64,000 bases of DNA, taken from positions 1 to 64,000 of IMG/VR virus record IMGVR_UViG_3300028384_000675, one strand, 5' to 3'. This DNA is from a virus. Positions 9,051 through 18,252 of this stretch are shown here, in pieces. The notes beneath the pieces were generated by a model. That model had not been told where the DNA came from and searched no databases. It worked only from the letters and a program-made list of their open reading frames with translations. Every line of letters starts with the position of its first letter. Position 1 is the stretch's first letter. The translations under genes and the position numbers were made by a program.

Positions 9051-9323
9051 TTATTTTAACTGAGTAGTCAACTCAGAAACAATTTCCGCCTTGGTAGATG
9101 AAGTCGGGACGTTGACACCTTGAGATGTAGCAAGTGACAAAAGTTCTGACTTCTTCATACGCATGAGCGCTGACTCAGATGGAAGTTCTGCGACTTCCGG
9201 TGCAGGTGGTGCTGCTGGTGCTGGATTGACAGGAGTCGAGGGGTCAACATGCTTGCTCCCAGGACGGACGATGTAAAAAATTACACCTGCCAAAAGTACC
9301 AGCAAAACGATTGCGAGTTCCAT
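9051..9323 (-). CDS. Membrane-anchored protein with C-terminal HeH/SAP/Rho-N-like motif
   Basis: N-terminal TM, Pro/Ala linker, MKKSELLSLA..QGVNV....TKAEIV. Confidence 0.7.
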   Translation of the reverse strand: MELAIVLLVLLAGVIFYIVRPGSKHVDPSTPVNPAPAAPPAPEVAELPSESALMRMKKSELLSLATSQGVNVPTSSTKAEIVSELTTQLK

Positions 9324-9326
9324 AGA

Positions 9327-9518
9327 TTACTCCTCTGTTTCCTCTTCTTCGCTTTGTGCTGCTTCGACTTGTTGAATCAGGTTGATGCAGTGATCACGCA
9401 ACTGCCCGATAGTCGAAAGTTCCTCGCCGCGGAAACCGCCGCGAGATGAAACAGTGTCAACCACAGCAACTGTGCTGCGAGCGACACGGTTTACCAGGTC
9501 GATCATTTCAGTATTCAT
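9327..9518 (-). CDS. Hypothetical protein
   Basis: 63 aa, strong SD AAGGAG, RGGFRGEELSTIGQLRD. Confidence 0.8.
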   Translation of the reverse strand: MNTEMIDLVNRVARSTVAVVDTVSSRGGFRGEELSTIGQLRDHCINLIQQVEAAQSEEEETEE

Positions 9519-9528
9519 GAATTACTCC

Positions 9529-10203
9529 TTAAAATTTACTTGTTTTCTGTAGCGCTACCCAATATTCGACATTGGATTCTGTGTTCACAAAGTGTGAAAT
9601 TAGTTTCGATGAGAGATACACGTCATAGTCGCCATCAATCATTTTGAGATTATTAATGTTGAAGATCATCTTGAAGTCTTCAGCATCAGAGTTACCGTCA
9701 ACTGCAATCTTCAATGTATTTGAGGTTGGATCTTCGTTGTTCAAAACAGTTAGAACAATCGCGCCATCCTCTTTCGTTACCGCAACCTCAGTGTGACCGA
9801 ATACAGATGCGGCACGCTTGATTCGACTCATAGTTTCTTGATCCAAGCGGAAAGAAACATCAGGGTCAGGCATAGAAACATCTTTGTTAGAGGTGGTAAG
9901 CATATTGGGATCAGAGTAAAAATACTTGACACTTGAGCGACCCGAACCATCAGAAATAGTCAGGAACTTTTCTTCGAACGCGATACGAGGCGAGTCGACC
10001 AGATTGAGTACACTGAGGAACTCGCTTAGGTCGTAGACTCCAAACGAAGAGGGGAACTCGACGTCTACTTCAGAGCGAGCAAGAACGGTCTTCGCCTCAG
10101 ATACTGTACGAAGAATGTTACCCTCTTGAATAACGATGTTCGAGTGGATGGATGCGAAGTTACGAAGAACTTGCAATGTGTTTTCAGATAATTCCATAAT
10201 CAT
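9529..10203 (-). CDS. gp45: Sliding clamp (gp45)
   Basis: MELSENTL.VLRNFASI, FGVYDLSEFL, NLKMIDGDYDV, EYWVAL. Confidence 0.95.
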   Translation of the reverse strand: MIMELSENTLQVLRNFASIHSNIVIQEGNILRTVSEAKTVLARSEVDVEFPSSFGVYDLSEFLSVLNLVDSPRIAFEEKFLTISDGSGRSSVKYFYSDPNMLTTSNKDVSMPDPDVSFRLDQETMSRIKRAASVFGHTEVAVTKEDGAIVLTVLNNEDPTSNTLKIAVDGNSDAEDFKMIFNINNLKMIDGDYDVYLSSKLISHFVNTESNVEYWVALQKTSKF

Positions 10204-10226
10204 TAACCCTTGTTAGTAATACATCT

Positions 10227-10255
10227 ATTATGCAAAAAAATAAACGAAAAATCAA
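10227..10255 (-). promoter_or_regulatory. sigma70-type promoter for gp45
   Basis: TTGATT-N17(T-rich)-CATAAT. Confidence 0.6.
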
Positions 10256-11958
10256 GCCACTTGACTGAAGTTTTTACGTTTGACGAACTCAATCTTAGAT
10301 TCGAACTTGCCATCGAGCAGTTCACCCTTATGAGATATGATGAATACATTGGTATCGTCATCCAAAGTATCTAATATTTTTGTCAGGTTGTCAACCCCGT
10401 CGGCGTCCATACTTGAATCAAATGTTTCATCAAGAATCAGCAGGTTGGTTGCGACTGAGTTCTTCATCTTGGCAACCTGCCGCCATGTAAATAGTAGCGC
10501 CAAGTCAATGCGTTGCTTCTCACCCTCTGAGAATGAGTCATACGAGAACGCATCGCGGTGACGCGACTTGATAGTTTCTTTGAACGTATCGTCGAGGTGG
10601 AACGAGACGAAGAAGTCCAGCACCTGTAGATACTTGTTGGTGAGATTATTGATCACGGGCAAGTACTGCTTGATGATCTTGGTCTTGATGCCCGTATCCT
10701 TCAGCATCTCAGTGATCACCACATGGTATGATGTTCTGTCGGCGAGGTTAGATTTTTGCTCAACGACCTCATACTTCTGTTCAGTCAATGTACTCAGTTC
10801 TTTTTCTGCTGTTTCGATGTCGCCTGTATCCTGCTCATACTTAGTAAGTTGCGACTGCAGTTCAGTAATCCTGCGCTGGTACTCGCTCACTTGCATGTTT
10901 CGACGGTCAATCTCAGCGACGACAGCGGTACACGACTCAATTTCTTCCTCAAGTTCAGAAAGGGTTCGCTTGAGCGTTCTTACCTTTGCTGCTGCTTGGT
11001 GCCGACCTTCTTCAAATTGATCCCACTTCTTTGCGGAGGAGTCGACTCTTTTCTGTTTAAATTCTTCGTCGATACCTTGATCGCAGGTGGGGCAGGTAGT
11101 ATTGTTTTCATAAAATGTAATTTCCTTGTTCAGTTCTTTCTGCTTCACGCCGAACTGATAATCATACTTCTCAACCTCAGATATCTTCTTAATCGTATCT
11201 AATGACTTAGACTTGAGAGAGTCGAGGTTATCATGATCTGCTTTCTCCTGCGAGGCACGAAGTTCTTCAATGGTTTCTTCAAGTGCTTTGATCTCATTAA
11301 GTTTCTCATACTTCGCCTCTTGGTTCAGATTGTGAAGTTTTTCGACATATCGCTTCTGAGTCTTAACCTTCATCTCAACTGCATCCAAGTCAGCGATATT
11401 CGCTCGAACCTGCTCCTTGAGGACAGACTGGCGCTCCTTGAGGATGCCGTTCATCTTGGAGAATACATTGATGTCCAGCAGATCTTCAATCACGTCACGG
11501 CGAATATGCGAGGGTAACTGCATAAATGGCACGAACGATGACGAACCGAGGACAACGATCTGGTGGAATGACTTGTGATTCAGTTTCAGAATATTCTGCT
11601 CAAGAACTTTCTGGTACTCTTTATTGTGCGAGTCCTGATTCACAAGGTTGCCGTCGCGCCAAATCTCAAAGCGCACAGGTTTAATGCCCCGAACGATCTT
11701 ATAGTCTGAACCGTTGACCGAGAACTCAACCTCAACCAAGCAGTTCTTTTGATTGATAGAGTTGATCAACTGTGGTTTGTTGACATTGCGGTGTGCCTTA
11801 CCGAACAGAGCAAACGAGAGCGCGTCGAGCATGGTGGACTTACCGGCACCGTTTTGCCCAACGATCAGCGTTGATGAGTTTCTGTTAAGGTCAATTTGCG
11901 TGAACGAATCACCAGTACTAAGAAAGTTCTTGTACCGTAGCATTTTAAAAAATATCAT
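10252..11958 (-). CDS. gp46: Recombination endonuclease subunit, Rad50/SbcC-like (gp46)
   Basis: GQNGAGKST, CPTC zinc hook, FSEGEK, LILDE, IISH. Confidence 0.97.
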   Translation of the reverse strand: MIFFKMLRYKNFLSTGDSFTQIDLNRNSSTLIVGQNGAGKSTMLDALSFALFGKAHRNVNKPQLINSINQKNCLVEVEFSVNGSDYKIVRGIKPVRFEIWRDGNLVNQDSHNKEYQKVLEQNILKLNHKSFHQIVVLGSSSFVPFMQLPSHIRRDVIEDLLDINVFSKMNGILKERQSVLKEQVRANIADLDAVEMKVKTQKRYVEKLHNLNQEAKYEKLNEIKALEETIEELRASQEKADHDNLDSLKSKSLDTIKKISEVEKYDYQFGVKQKELNKEITFYENNTTCPTCDQGIDEEFKQKRVDSSAKKWDQFEEGRHQAAAKVRTLKRTLSELEEEIESCTAVVAEIDRRNMQVSEYQRRITELQSQLTKYEQDTGDIETAEKELSTLTEQKYEVVEQKSNLADRTSYHVVITEMLKDTGIKTKIIKQYLPVINNLTNKYLQVLDFFVSFHLDDTFKETIKSRHRDAFSYDSFSEGEKQRIDLALLFTWRQVAKMKNSVATNLLILDETFDSSMDADGVDNLTKILDTLDDDTNVFIISHKGELLDGKFESKIEFVKRKNFSQVA

Positions 11959-13028
11959 ACGAGTTCTAGAGTCTGCGCCTCAATCATTAGTTCATGAACC
12001 ATGTTTTTGATCCGGTCTTTATCGAGCGGAGTATCAACAGCATCAACATAACTATACAATAAATCTTCGGTGGAGTCAAGAGAAACTTTCTCATCCTCGA
12101 CTGACGATCCCACGAACTCCTCAAAGTTCTCAGCAATCTTCAACTCATGAATGCGGCGAGAGTTGATACGGTCGACAAACTTTTCGAAGAGTTTCGGGTT
12201 GGACTTATTGACTACAATTAGCTTGACAAACTTCTCATCGATGTCAGGCAGTTTACCTGCATTGTAATAATAGTCTGACTTTTCGCGCGTATCGTCATAA
12301 TAAATCTTTTCGAACAGACGTACAGGATTCTCTACTGCTTCCAGTTCACGCGTGTCAGTGTCAAACACATGGAAGTATTTTGGATCGTGTGCATCATTCC
12401 AGAAGAACTCCATTTGCGATCCAAGGTAGTGGATATTGCCGCTTGAAGACTTGGTATGAAAGTGTCCCGTCAGAACGCTCTCAAATCGCTCAAATACGCT
12501 TGCAGGCATCCCCTCGGTACAAGGTATACCCGCTTGCATTTCGAACCCTGCAATCTCTAGATGCGCTCCCACATGCGTCGCTTTGCACTTAGATAAAAAG
12601 CGCATTGATTCCACTTCGTTTTCGTGGTTTATCCATGGAATCAATGCGAAGTCTAGACCGTCATAATTCACCACCATTGGTTTCTCAATGATGCGAACTT
12701 CTTGCATATAATGCCCGAGCAACTCTTTCAGAGCATTAAGATTATTTGTGTTCTTGTAATATACGTCATGGTTTCCTGGTATGATGTCCATGTGTATCTG
12801 TAATTCTCGGAGCTTCTCCAGAAAGATCTTCCGATTGTGTTCGAGTGCTTTGAAATTAATAAACTTACGATTATCGTAATAATCGCCCAAGTGCAGAATC
12901 TTTTTGATGCCGTGCTGCTCAAGATGCGGGAAGAAAACGTCACGATAGAATTTTTCCTGATAGTCCATTAATATTTCGGATGAGTTGCGAATACCACAAT
13001 GGGTATCGTTAAGAATAGCAATCTTCAT
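11955..13028 (-). CDS. gp47: Recombination endonuclease subunit, Mre11/SbcD-like (gp47)
   Basis: DTHCG, HLGD, GNHD, GHFH metallophosphoesterase motifs. Confidence 0.97.
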   Translation of the reverse strand: MKIAILNDTHCGIRNSSEILMDYQEKFYRDVFFPHLEQHGIKKILHLGDYYDNRKFINFKALEHNRKIFLEKLRELQIHMDIIPGNHDVYYKNTNNLNALKELLGHYMQEVRIIEKPMVVNYDGLDFALIPWINHENEVESMRFLSKCKATHVGAHLEIAGFEMQAGIPCTEGMPASVFERFESVLTGHFHTKSSSGNIHYLGSQMEFFWNDAHDPKYFHVFDTDTRELEAVENPVRLFEKIYYDDTREKSDYYYNAGKLPDIDEKFVKLIVVNKSNPKLFEKFVDRINSRRIHELKIAENFEEFVGSSVEDEKVSLDSTEDLLYSYVDAVDTPLDKDRIKNMVHELMIEAQTLELV

Positions 13029-13231
13029 TATATATTAGCCAGTTGTACAACAATGATGAATAGTAGAATATTTGTCATAAACAATTCTAAAGCAAGAATG
13101 GTATGGTACCAAACCCACCTAGTCTTGTATGCATTTTCGACGTTTAGATTTTCGGGATTCGGATCTTCGTTCGGTTTAGACGCCAAACGTAAACCCTTAG
13201 AGAAGAATTTAATCCACCCCATATTCTTCAT
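13028..13231 (-). CDS. Small hypothetical membrane protein
   Basis: 67 aa, hydrophobic C-terminus, overlaps both gp55 and gp47. Confidence 0.65.
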   Translation of the reverse strand: MKNMGWIKFFSKGLRLASKPNEDPNPENLNVENAYKTRWVWYHTILALELFMTNILLFIIVVQLANI

Positions 13232-13817
13232 CCTCTCCTATGAACTCGCTGAGATCAGAGTCGACTTTGCGTTTGCGCTTTTGCCGCTGACCTTTTTCAT
13301 ATGCCTTCACTACTTTATCTGATTCCTTGACTATGTCAATACGCCCACGCAGTTCATCTACAAATGCCTGAGTCTGGCGGAATGCATCATCATTCTGCGA
13401 CTCCTCGGAGATGAGATCTTCAATGCCACTCTCAGTGAGGTAGCGCATCTTGATGTCTTGCTGTTTTTTCTCTCGCTCGATGCGGCGCAGGAATGCATAC
13501 CATGAGATCTGTGTAAAGTACGCAAAGGCATTCGGTTTACCTGTTCGCGTAGCAGTCTCAAGGTTATAGTTGTCAATTGCTTTCAAGCAGTTCTCAACTG
13601 CGTCCATCATCATTTCTTCGCGATAAGTGTATCGTACAAAGTTCGCTTTGTGCGACAGACCCTCGGCGATCTTCAAAAAACATGAAGCGATATAGTCATT
13701 GATCTGAGGTTTATCCAGACCCTGACTTTCTACTTCGCGCGCGTGCTTTACATACTCAACCACCGCCTCAGAGAACTGAGCGTTGTTAACATAATGCGGT
13801 TTGTCTTTCGCTTTCAT
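13209..13817 (-). CDS. gp55: Late transcription sigma factor (gp55)
   Basis: HYVNN, YIASCFLKIAEGLS..NF..YTYREEM..DAVENC, NAFAYFTQI..YAFLRRI. Confidence 0.97.
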   Translation of the reverse strand: MKAKDKPHYVNNAQFSEAVVEYVKHAREVESQGLDKPQINDYIASCFLKIAEGLSHKANFVRYTYREEMMMDAVENCLKAIDNYNLETATRTGKPNAFAYFTQISWYAFLRRIEREKKQQDIKMRYLTESGIEDLISEESQNDDAFRQTQAFVDELRGRIDIVKESDKVVKAYEKGQRQKRKRKVDSDLSEFIGEDEEYGVD

Positions 13818-13847
13818 ACAGATACCTCTACATCAAATACTTCATAC

Positions 13848-13876
13848 ATTATACAAAAAAAACAGATGAAAATCAA
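13848..13876 (-). promoter_or_regulatory. sigma70-type promoter for gp55
   Basis: TTGATT-N17(T-rich)-TATAAT. Confidence 0.7.
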
Positions 13877-13937
13877 CCCCTTGCTTTTTCTGAAAATATA
13901 GGTAGAATAGATCTTGAATCGCAGGGGAAAGAATATA

Positions 13938-14429
13938 TTAATGAATTGAATCAGGTCCTGGGAACTTAATGATATTTGAACCGCCATCTGAATCATCTAA
14001 ACTAAAAGATTCTTCTTCTGTTTGTTTTTCCATTTCATCAATTAATGCCATGATTTCATCATGCATTTTAGCATATTGATTTTTTTGATCGTTAACAATC
14101 TGTTCTTCGGTTTGGGCCCGAGCGCGTGAATTTAAATGCATTTCTGTTCGCGCTTTCCTATACTCAGAATACAACGTTGTGTTGGGTGAAACACAAGCGA
14201 CTATATGATCTTTGGCAATAGAGATCAATTGATCTTCTCTTTCTGCCATAGTGAACCAAGGTTTGAACATGTACTTAGTATGTGATGTTCCCACAGTCTT
14301 GGTGATCATAGATAGTGCATTCTTAACCACATAATCTGTACCTTCATCTTCAGGATATTCCATCACTTGGCAAATTATTTCTTCGCCGTTGGTCATCTTA
14401 AACTGCATAATTCCTGGGTACATCATCAT
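13938..14429 (-). CDS. Conserved T4-like hypothetical protein (Sm-like fold likely)
   Basis: FKMTNGEEIIC..., NIIKFP C-terminus. Usual position between uvsW and gp55. Confidence 0.75.
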   Translation of the reverse strand: MMMYPGIMQFKMTNGEEIICQVMEYPEDEGTDYVVKNALSMITKTVGTSHTKYMFKPWFTMAEREDQLISIAKDHIVACVSPNTTLYSEYRKARTEMHLNSRARAQTEEQIVNDQKNQYAKMHDEIMALIDEMEKQTEEESFSLDDSDGGSNIIKFPGPDSIH

Positions 14430-15904
14430 TAAATTTCTACCTGAGTAATTTTATAGGGGAATTTCTCTTTAGTATATATCTTAATTCTTTCACCGCTATG
14501 CAGCAGCGTAAAGTTCTTCTTGGACTTCCAGTGAAGGTCGTCCGCGATGTCATATAGTTTAGTCACCGAACCGTCATCAGACAAACGAAGACCCCGACCT
14601 ATCGATTGGAGTACTCGGATTTGACTTTTTGATGGAGATGCAAAAATAACGTTATGCAGATTTTTGATATTAATACCAGTGGAGAAAGTGCCCAGAGAAG
14701 CGAGTATAATGCTATTCTTTTGCTTGTCCACAATATTCCGGATTTGTTCGCGGTCTGTTGTTTTTGTTTCGCCTGAGACGAAAAAGAGTCGTTGTCCATT
14801 TTGTAATCTCGACTCAATTAAATCCCGTAGACCCTTGCCGTGGCGATCCACAAGGTTAAACAAAACAAGTGTATTTCCAGTTTGATTGACTGCAAGGTTT
14901 GCGATAAACTTGTTCCGCTTTTCATATGTGACGAGGAAATCGATTTCATCTTGGTAACTCCTATTCTCTGTCGGTCTACAAAACTCTTCGGCATACTTTA
15001 ACAATATGATATCAATGTCGAGTTCCGCGAGCGCTTCTTTCTTTTGAAGTTCGTGCGTCGTGATGACTTTCTTAACAGGTCCAAACAGTCCTTCAAGAAC
15101 TAATTTGTGGACCTGCGTACCATCTAACGTACCCGTTGTGCCGAAACGATATTCAGCATTGATCGCTTTATTCATAATCGAAGACAGAGACTTGGACTTG
15201 AATCCATGTACTTCGTCGCCAATGATACAACCGAACTGATGAAACCAGTTAGGGTGTAATTTGTAGATCGACTGCCATGTTGATATGACAATCGGGCATT
15301 CCGTTTCCTTATCTTTTCCTGAGTAGATGCGGTGACAATTTGTTTCTACATCATACCCGTACTCAGAGAAGTCTTTGTACATCTGCTCTACGAGTGATGT
15401 GGTCGGAACAACAAGGAGAATTTTTTTATTGCGGTTTTCCAAATACCAGCGCGATAGCAGGTAAATGATAAATGATTTACCCGAACCTGTCGGGGAAACG
15501 AGAATACATCTTTTGTTCTCAATGCCATGCGCTATAGCATCGTATTGGTAGTCGCGAGGTTTGAACGGCAGGTTTAGAGTGTCGAACCACTCCATTGTTT
15601 TCATATGATTTACGGAGTTTTTATCATACGGGTATCCATATGGACCCTCTTCAACCTTGATACCATACCCACGCTGTATGGCAAACTTCTTGATTGCCCA
15701 GTACAGTCCTGCGTTGATCTCGCCGTTGGTGCGGTTGAACATACGGATCTTTCCGTCCCACACCTTCTTTTTTACTGCTGGCATAAACTTAGCGCCAGGA
15801 ACCTCGAATGTAAAATATTCTGACAACTCAGAGACGACGTGTGGCGCGCACTCTATCATCTGCAGCATCGAATAATCTTTCATTCTCAGTTTAATTATTT
15901 CCAT
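14429..15904 (-). CDS. uvsW: RNA-DNA/DNA helicase UvsW
   Basis: WDGKIR, PRDYQ, SPTGSGKS, DEVH, TGT, LQSIGRGLR. Start at 15904 (TAATG with uvsY). Confidence 0.96.
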   Translation of the reverse strand: MEIIKLRMKDYSMLQMIECAPHVVSELSEYFTFEVPGAKFMPAVKKKVWDGKIRMFNRTNGEINAGLYWAIKKFAIQRGYGIKVEEGPYGYPYDKNSVNHMKTMEWFDTLNLPFKPRDYQYDAIAHGIENKRCILVSPTGSGKSFIIYLLSRWYLENRNKKILLVVPTTSLVEQMYKDFSEYGYDVETNCHRIYSGKDKETECPIVISTWQSIYKLHPNWFHQFGCIIGDEVHGFKSKSLSSIMNKAINAEYRFGTTGTLDGTQVHKLVLEGLFGPVKKVITTHELQKKEALAELDIDIILLKYAEEFCRPTENRSYQDEIDFLVTYEKRNKFIANLAVNQTGNTLVLFNLVDRHGKGLRDLIESRLQNGQRLFFVSGETKTTDREQIRNIVDKQKNSIILASLGTFSTGINIKNLHNVIFASPSKSQIRVLQSIGRGLRLSDDGSVTKLYDIADDLHWKSKKNFTLLHSGERIKIYTKEKFPYKITQVEI

Positions 15905-16347
15905 TAAAATCCTGCTTCGAACTTCTTCCACTCAAGGGCATTACGAATCGTTTGGTGCCGCCACTTGATGCTTTCGAGGATCTCCTTCAACGTTTCTATC
16001 ATAGTATTTAGGTATGCCATTTTCGCCTCGCTGGCAACCAACTCTGGGTCTGCCTCGACGTAATGCTGCATCTCACCCTTGAGTATACGCAACCCGTCAA
16101 ATGGATCGGGGTCCCAACCTAGTTTTTCAATCTCGTGTTGATCAAGTTTGCCATTATACCATAACCACTTATTCTTCATGAGTTCTTTCTGTTTGAACTC
16201 CGCGTCCTTCAACTTGAGTTTGTACGTTGAAAGCAACTCGAGATACTTGGCATGTAGTTTTGGGGTCTCTACTGAACTCACGTCCAGTTTGTTAAATTCA
16301 ATTTGCGAGTCAGATTTCCATTCGGCATGCAACTGCTCTAGGTTCAT
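15904..16347 (-). CDS. uvsY: Recombination mediator UvsY
   Basis: W..DS.I, PKLHAKYL, IKWRHQTIRNALEWKKF.AG. Confidence 0.9.
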   Translation of the reverse strand: MNLEQLHAEWKSDSQIEFNKLDVSSVETPKLHAKYLELLSTYKLKLKDAEFKQKELMKNKWLWYNGKLDQHEIEKLGWDPDPFDGLRILKGEMQHYVEADPELVASEAKMAYLNTMIETLKEILESIKWRHQTIRNALEWKKFEAGF

Positions 16348-16381
16348 GATGTAGTGCTCCTAATAATACTGTATAGACTAT

Positions 16382-16410
16382 ATTGTACTATGCAAGAGTG
16401 AAATAGTCAA
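16382..16410 (-). promoter_or_regulatory. sigma70-type promoter for uvsY/uvsW
   Basis: TTGACT-N17-TACAAT, overlapping the end of gp3. Confidence 0.65.
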
Positions 16411-16882
16411 ATCTAAATGTGACTGGGAAAGTAATATATTCTCCGGTTGAGGTAGAAGAGAAGTTAACATTTCCGATGTTGATGGGTGTAGCGTTCACAT
16501 AACGAAACGCTCGGTTTGGATTATTCGAACTGGTGAGTATGAACAGAGTGATATCCTGATAAGATGGTGGTAATGGTTCTTGCGTGATATTCAGACGGTG
16601 ATTGTATTCGACCATGCCTTCAAACCACAGATACATTTCTTGATAGACATTCATGTCTTCGTCCATCAACACATCGAATGTCAACTGTCCAAACTGCAAC
16701 GACTCACCCGAAAATGGAATTGGAGTTGCCTTCCGGAAGTTCACCTCTGACGTGTCAATGTTTAGATCGGGGTGTTGTACAGATTGCGCAAAAAACTCGA
16801 GGTTCGAATAGTTCTCTCGATTTATAACAATCTTGAAACCATTTGGTTGCAGGAAGTTAGTTCCGCACTCAAAGTTTGCCAT
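16388..16882 (-). CDS. gp3: Tail tube terminator / tail completion protein (gp3-like)
   Basis: NFLQPNGFK, FFAQSVQHP, VLMDEDM..Y.EMY.W, DITL.ILTS.NNP. Downstream of gp23 as in marine T4-likes. Confidence 0.85.
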   Translation of the reverse strand: MANFECGTNFLQPNGFKIVINRENYSNLEFFAQSVQHPDLNIDTSEVNFRKATPIPFSGESLQFGQLTFDVLMDEDMNVYQEMYLWFEGMVEYNHRLNITQEPLPPSYQDITLFILTSSNNPNRAFRYVNATPINIGNVNFSSTSTGEYITFPVTFRFDYFTLA

Positions 16883-16911
16883 GGTTGGTTCTCTCAATAA
16901 TCAGTACAAGT

Positions 16912-16919
16912 TATTTATA
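16912..16919 (-). promoter_or_regulatory. Late promoter for gp3
   Basis: TATAAATA. Confidence 0.75.
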
Positions 16920-18240
16920 CGCAAAAAAAAGGGCACCGAAGTGCCCCAAAAAACGATCCCTTGTGAGGATTCTTATTTTTATGGTTAGACGCCATACCAT
17001 AACGAGTCTTAAACCCGATACGTGGTTGGAAGTCATTCTCACCAACTGCACGTACCATCTGCAGCGGTACGTATGGGCAGTAGAACATACCAGCGTCATA
17101 TGGGTTAGTACCCTTATAACCAACTGTCACGTAGTCAGCGACCGCATATGGATCGATGTATACGCGTGTACGACCGTTCAATACACCAGCGAACGTGTTA
17201 CCAGTGTCATCAACTTGCAAGTTAGTTGACAATGCTGGAGTGTAGTCAAGCATACCAGCAGCAACAAGAGCAGTAGCAACATCAGAAGAACAAACTACGA
17301 TGTTACCCTTACCGCGACGTGTTTCTTTCGCGATAACGTTTGCTTCACGCTCGAGTTGAACCAACAGACCCTTGAACTTCTCAACAGACCAACGACCGTC
17401 AGCGTCAGTTGAAAGGTCAAATACGCCCTGATTAGTGACGTTAGATTGACGACAACCGATCTTCGCTTGAGCGTTGATTGTGCGGATAACTTCGCGGTTG
17501 ATTTCTGCGAGGATTTCTGTTGACAGAATGTTTGCCAACTCAGTCTCAGCGTCAAGACCGTGAATTGCCTTCAAGTCCTGAGCAAGTTCGAGAGTGTATT
17601 CTGCCTTCAACGCGCGCGAACGTGCTGTAACAGTTGACTTCTCGATTGTGAAACCCATCTCAGCAAAATCATTGCCACCAGGGGTGCCAAGTGCTTCTGC
17701 GTCAGCAGTCTGGTAACCCAGTGATGCTGGTGGTGTACCAACGCCATCTGGACCAGTGTTTGAAGCGACGTCTGAATCTGGAACACCAGCAAGACCAGAT
17801 GGTCCTGTTGTCTGAGAGTTCGAAGAATCGCCTGAGTATGGTGCTACTGGCTCTTGGAATAATGCCTCATCGCCAGCGGTTGCGCCGCCCTTAGTTGTCT
17901 GGTAGCGTGACTTCATTGCGAAGATCAGACCAGTTGGACCTGTCATTGGCTGAACGCCAGCAAGGTCATATGCCATCAGGTTTGGCATTGCGCGACGTAC
18001 AAGTGCGATCAAAACTGGATTCCAGTTTGCGCCTGTTACGCCATCAGCAGCACCTGTTACTGATGCGTTAGAGTTACCTGCAACTTCATTGAGTTGTGCT
18101 TCCTCGCGGAATGCAACTTCTTGGTTCTCAAGAATTGCAGCAGTTACAGCACGACGGTGAGCGTCTTTGATTTCACCCGCGCTAGTTTCGTCAAGAACTG
18201 GACTCCACTTCTCGACCAGCTTATCGTAAGATACTGTCAT
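16915..18240 (-). CDS. gp23: Major capsid protein (gp23), C-terminus aberrant
   Basis: LVRRAMP, GVQPMTGPTGLIFAM, LAQDLKAIHGLDAE.EL, FYCPYVPLQM, FQPRIGFKTRYG. The last ~22 aa are read-through of the terminator. Confidence 0.95.
   Translation of the reverse strand: MTVSYDKLVEKWSPVLDETSAGEIKDAHRRAVTAAILENQEVAFREEAQLNEVAGNSNASVTGAADGVTGANWNPVLIALVRRAMPNLMAYDLAGVQPMTGPTGLIFAMKSRYQTTKGGATAGDEALFQEPVAPYSGDSSNSQTTGPSGLAGVPDSDVASNTGPDGVGTPPASLGYQTADAEALGTPGGNDFAEMGFTIEKSTVTARSRALKAEYTLELAQDLKAIHGLDAETELANILSTEILAEINREVIRTINAQAKIGCRQSNVTNQGVFDLSTDADGRWSVEKFKGLLVQLEREANVIAKETRRGKGNIVVCSSDVATALVAAGMLDYTPALSTNLQVDDTGNTFAGVLNGRTRVYIDPYAVADYVTVGYKGTNPYDAGMFYCPYVPLQMVRAVGENDFQPRIGFKTRYGMASNHKNKNPHKGSFFGALRCPFFCV
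16923..16947 (-). terminator. Rho-independent terminator of gp23
   Basis: GGGCAC-TTCG-GTGCCC followed by T8 (cUUCGg loop). Confidence 0.9.
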
Positions 18241-18252
18241 TTTGGATACTCC

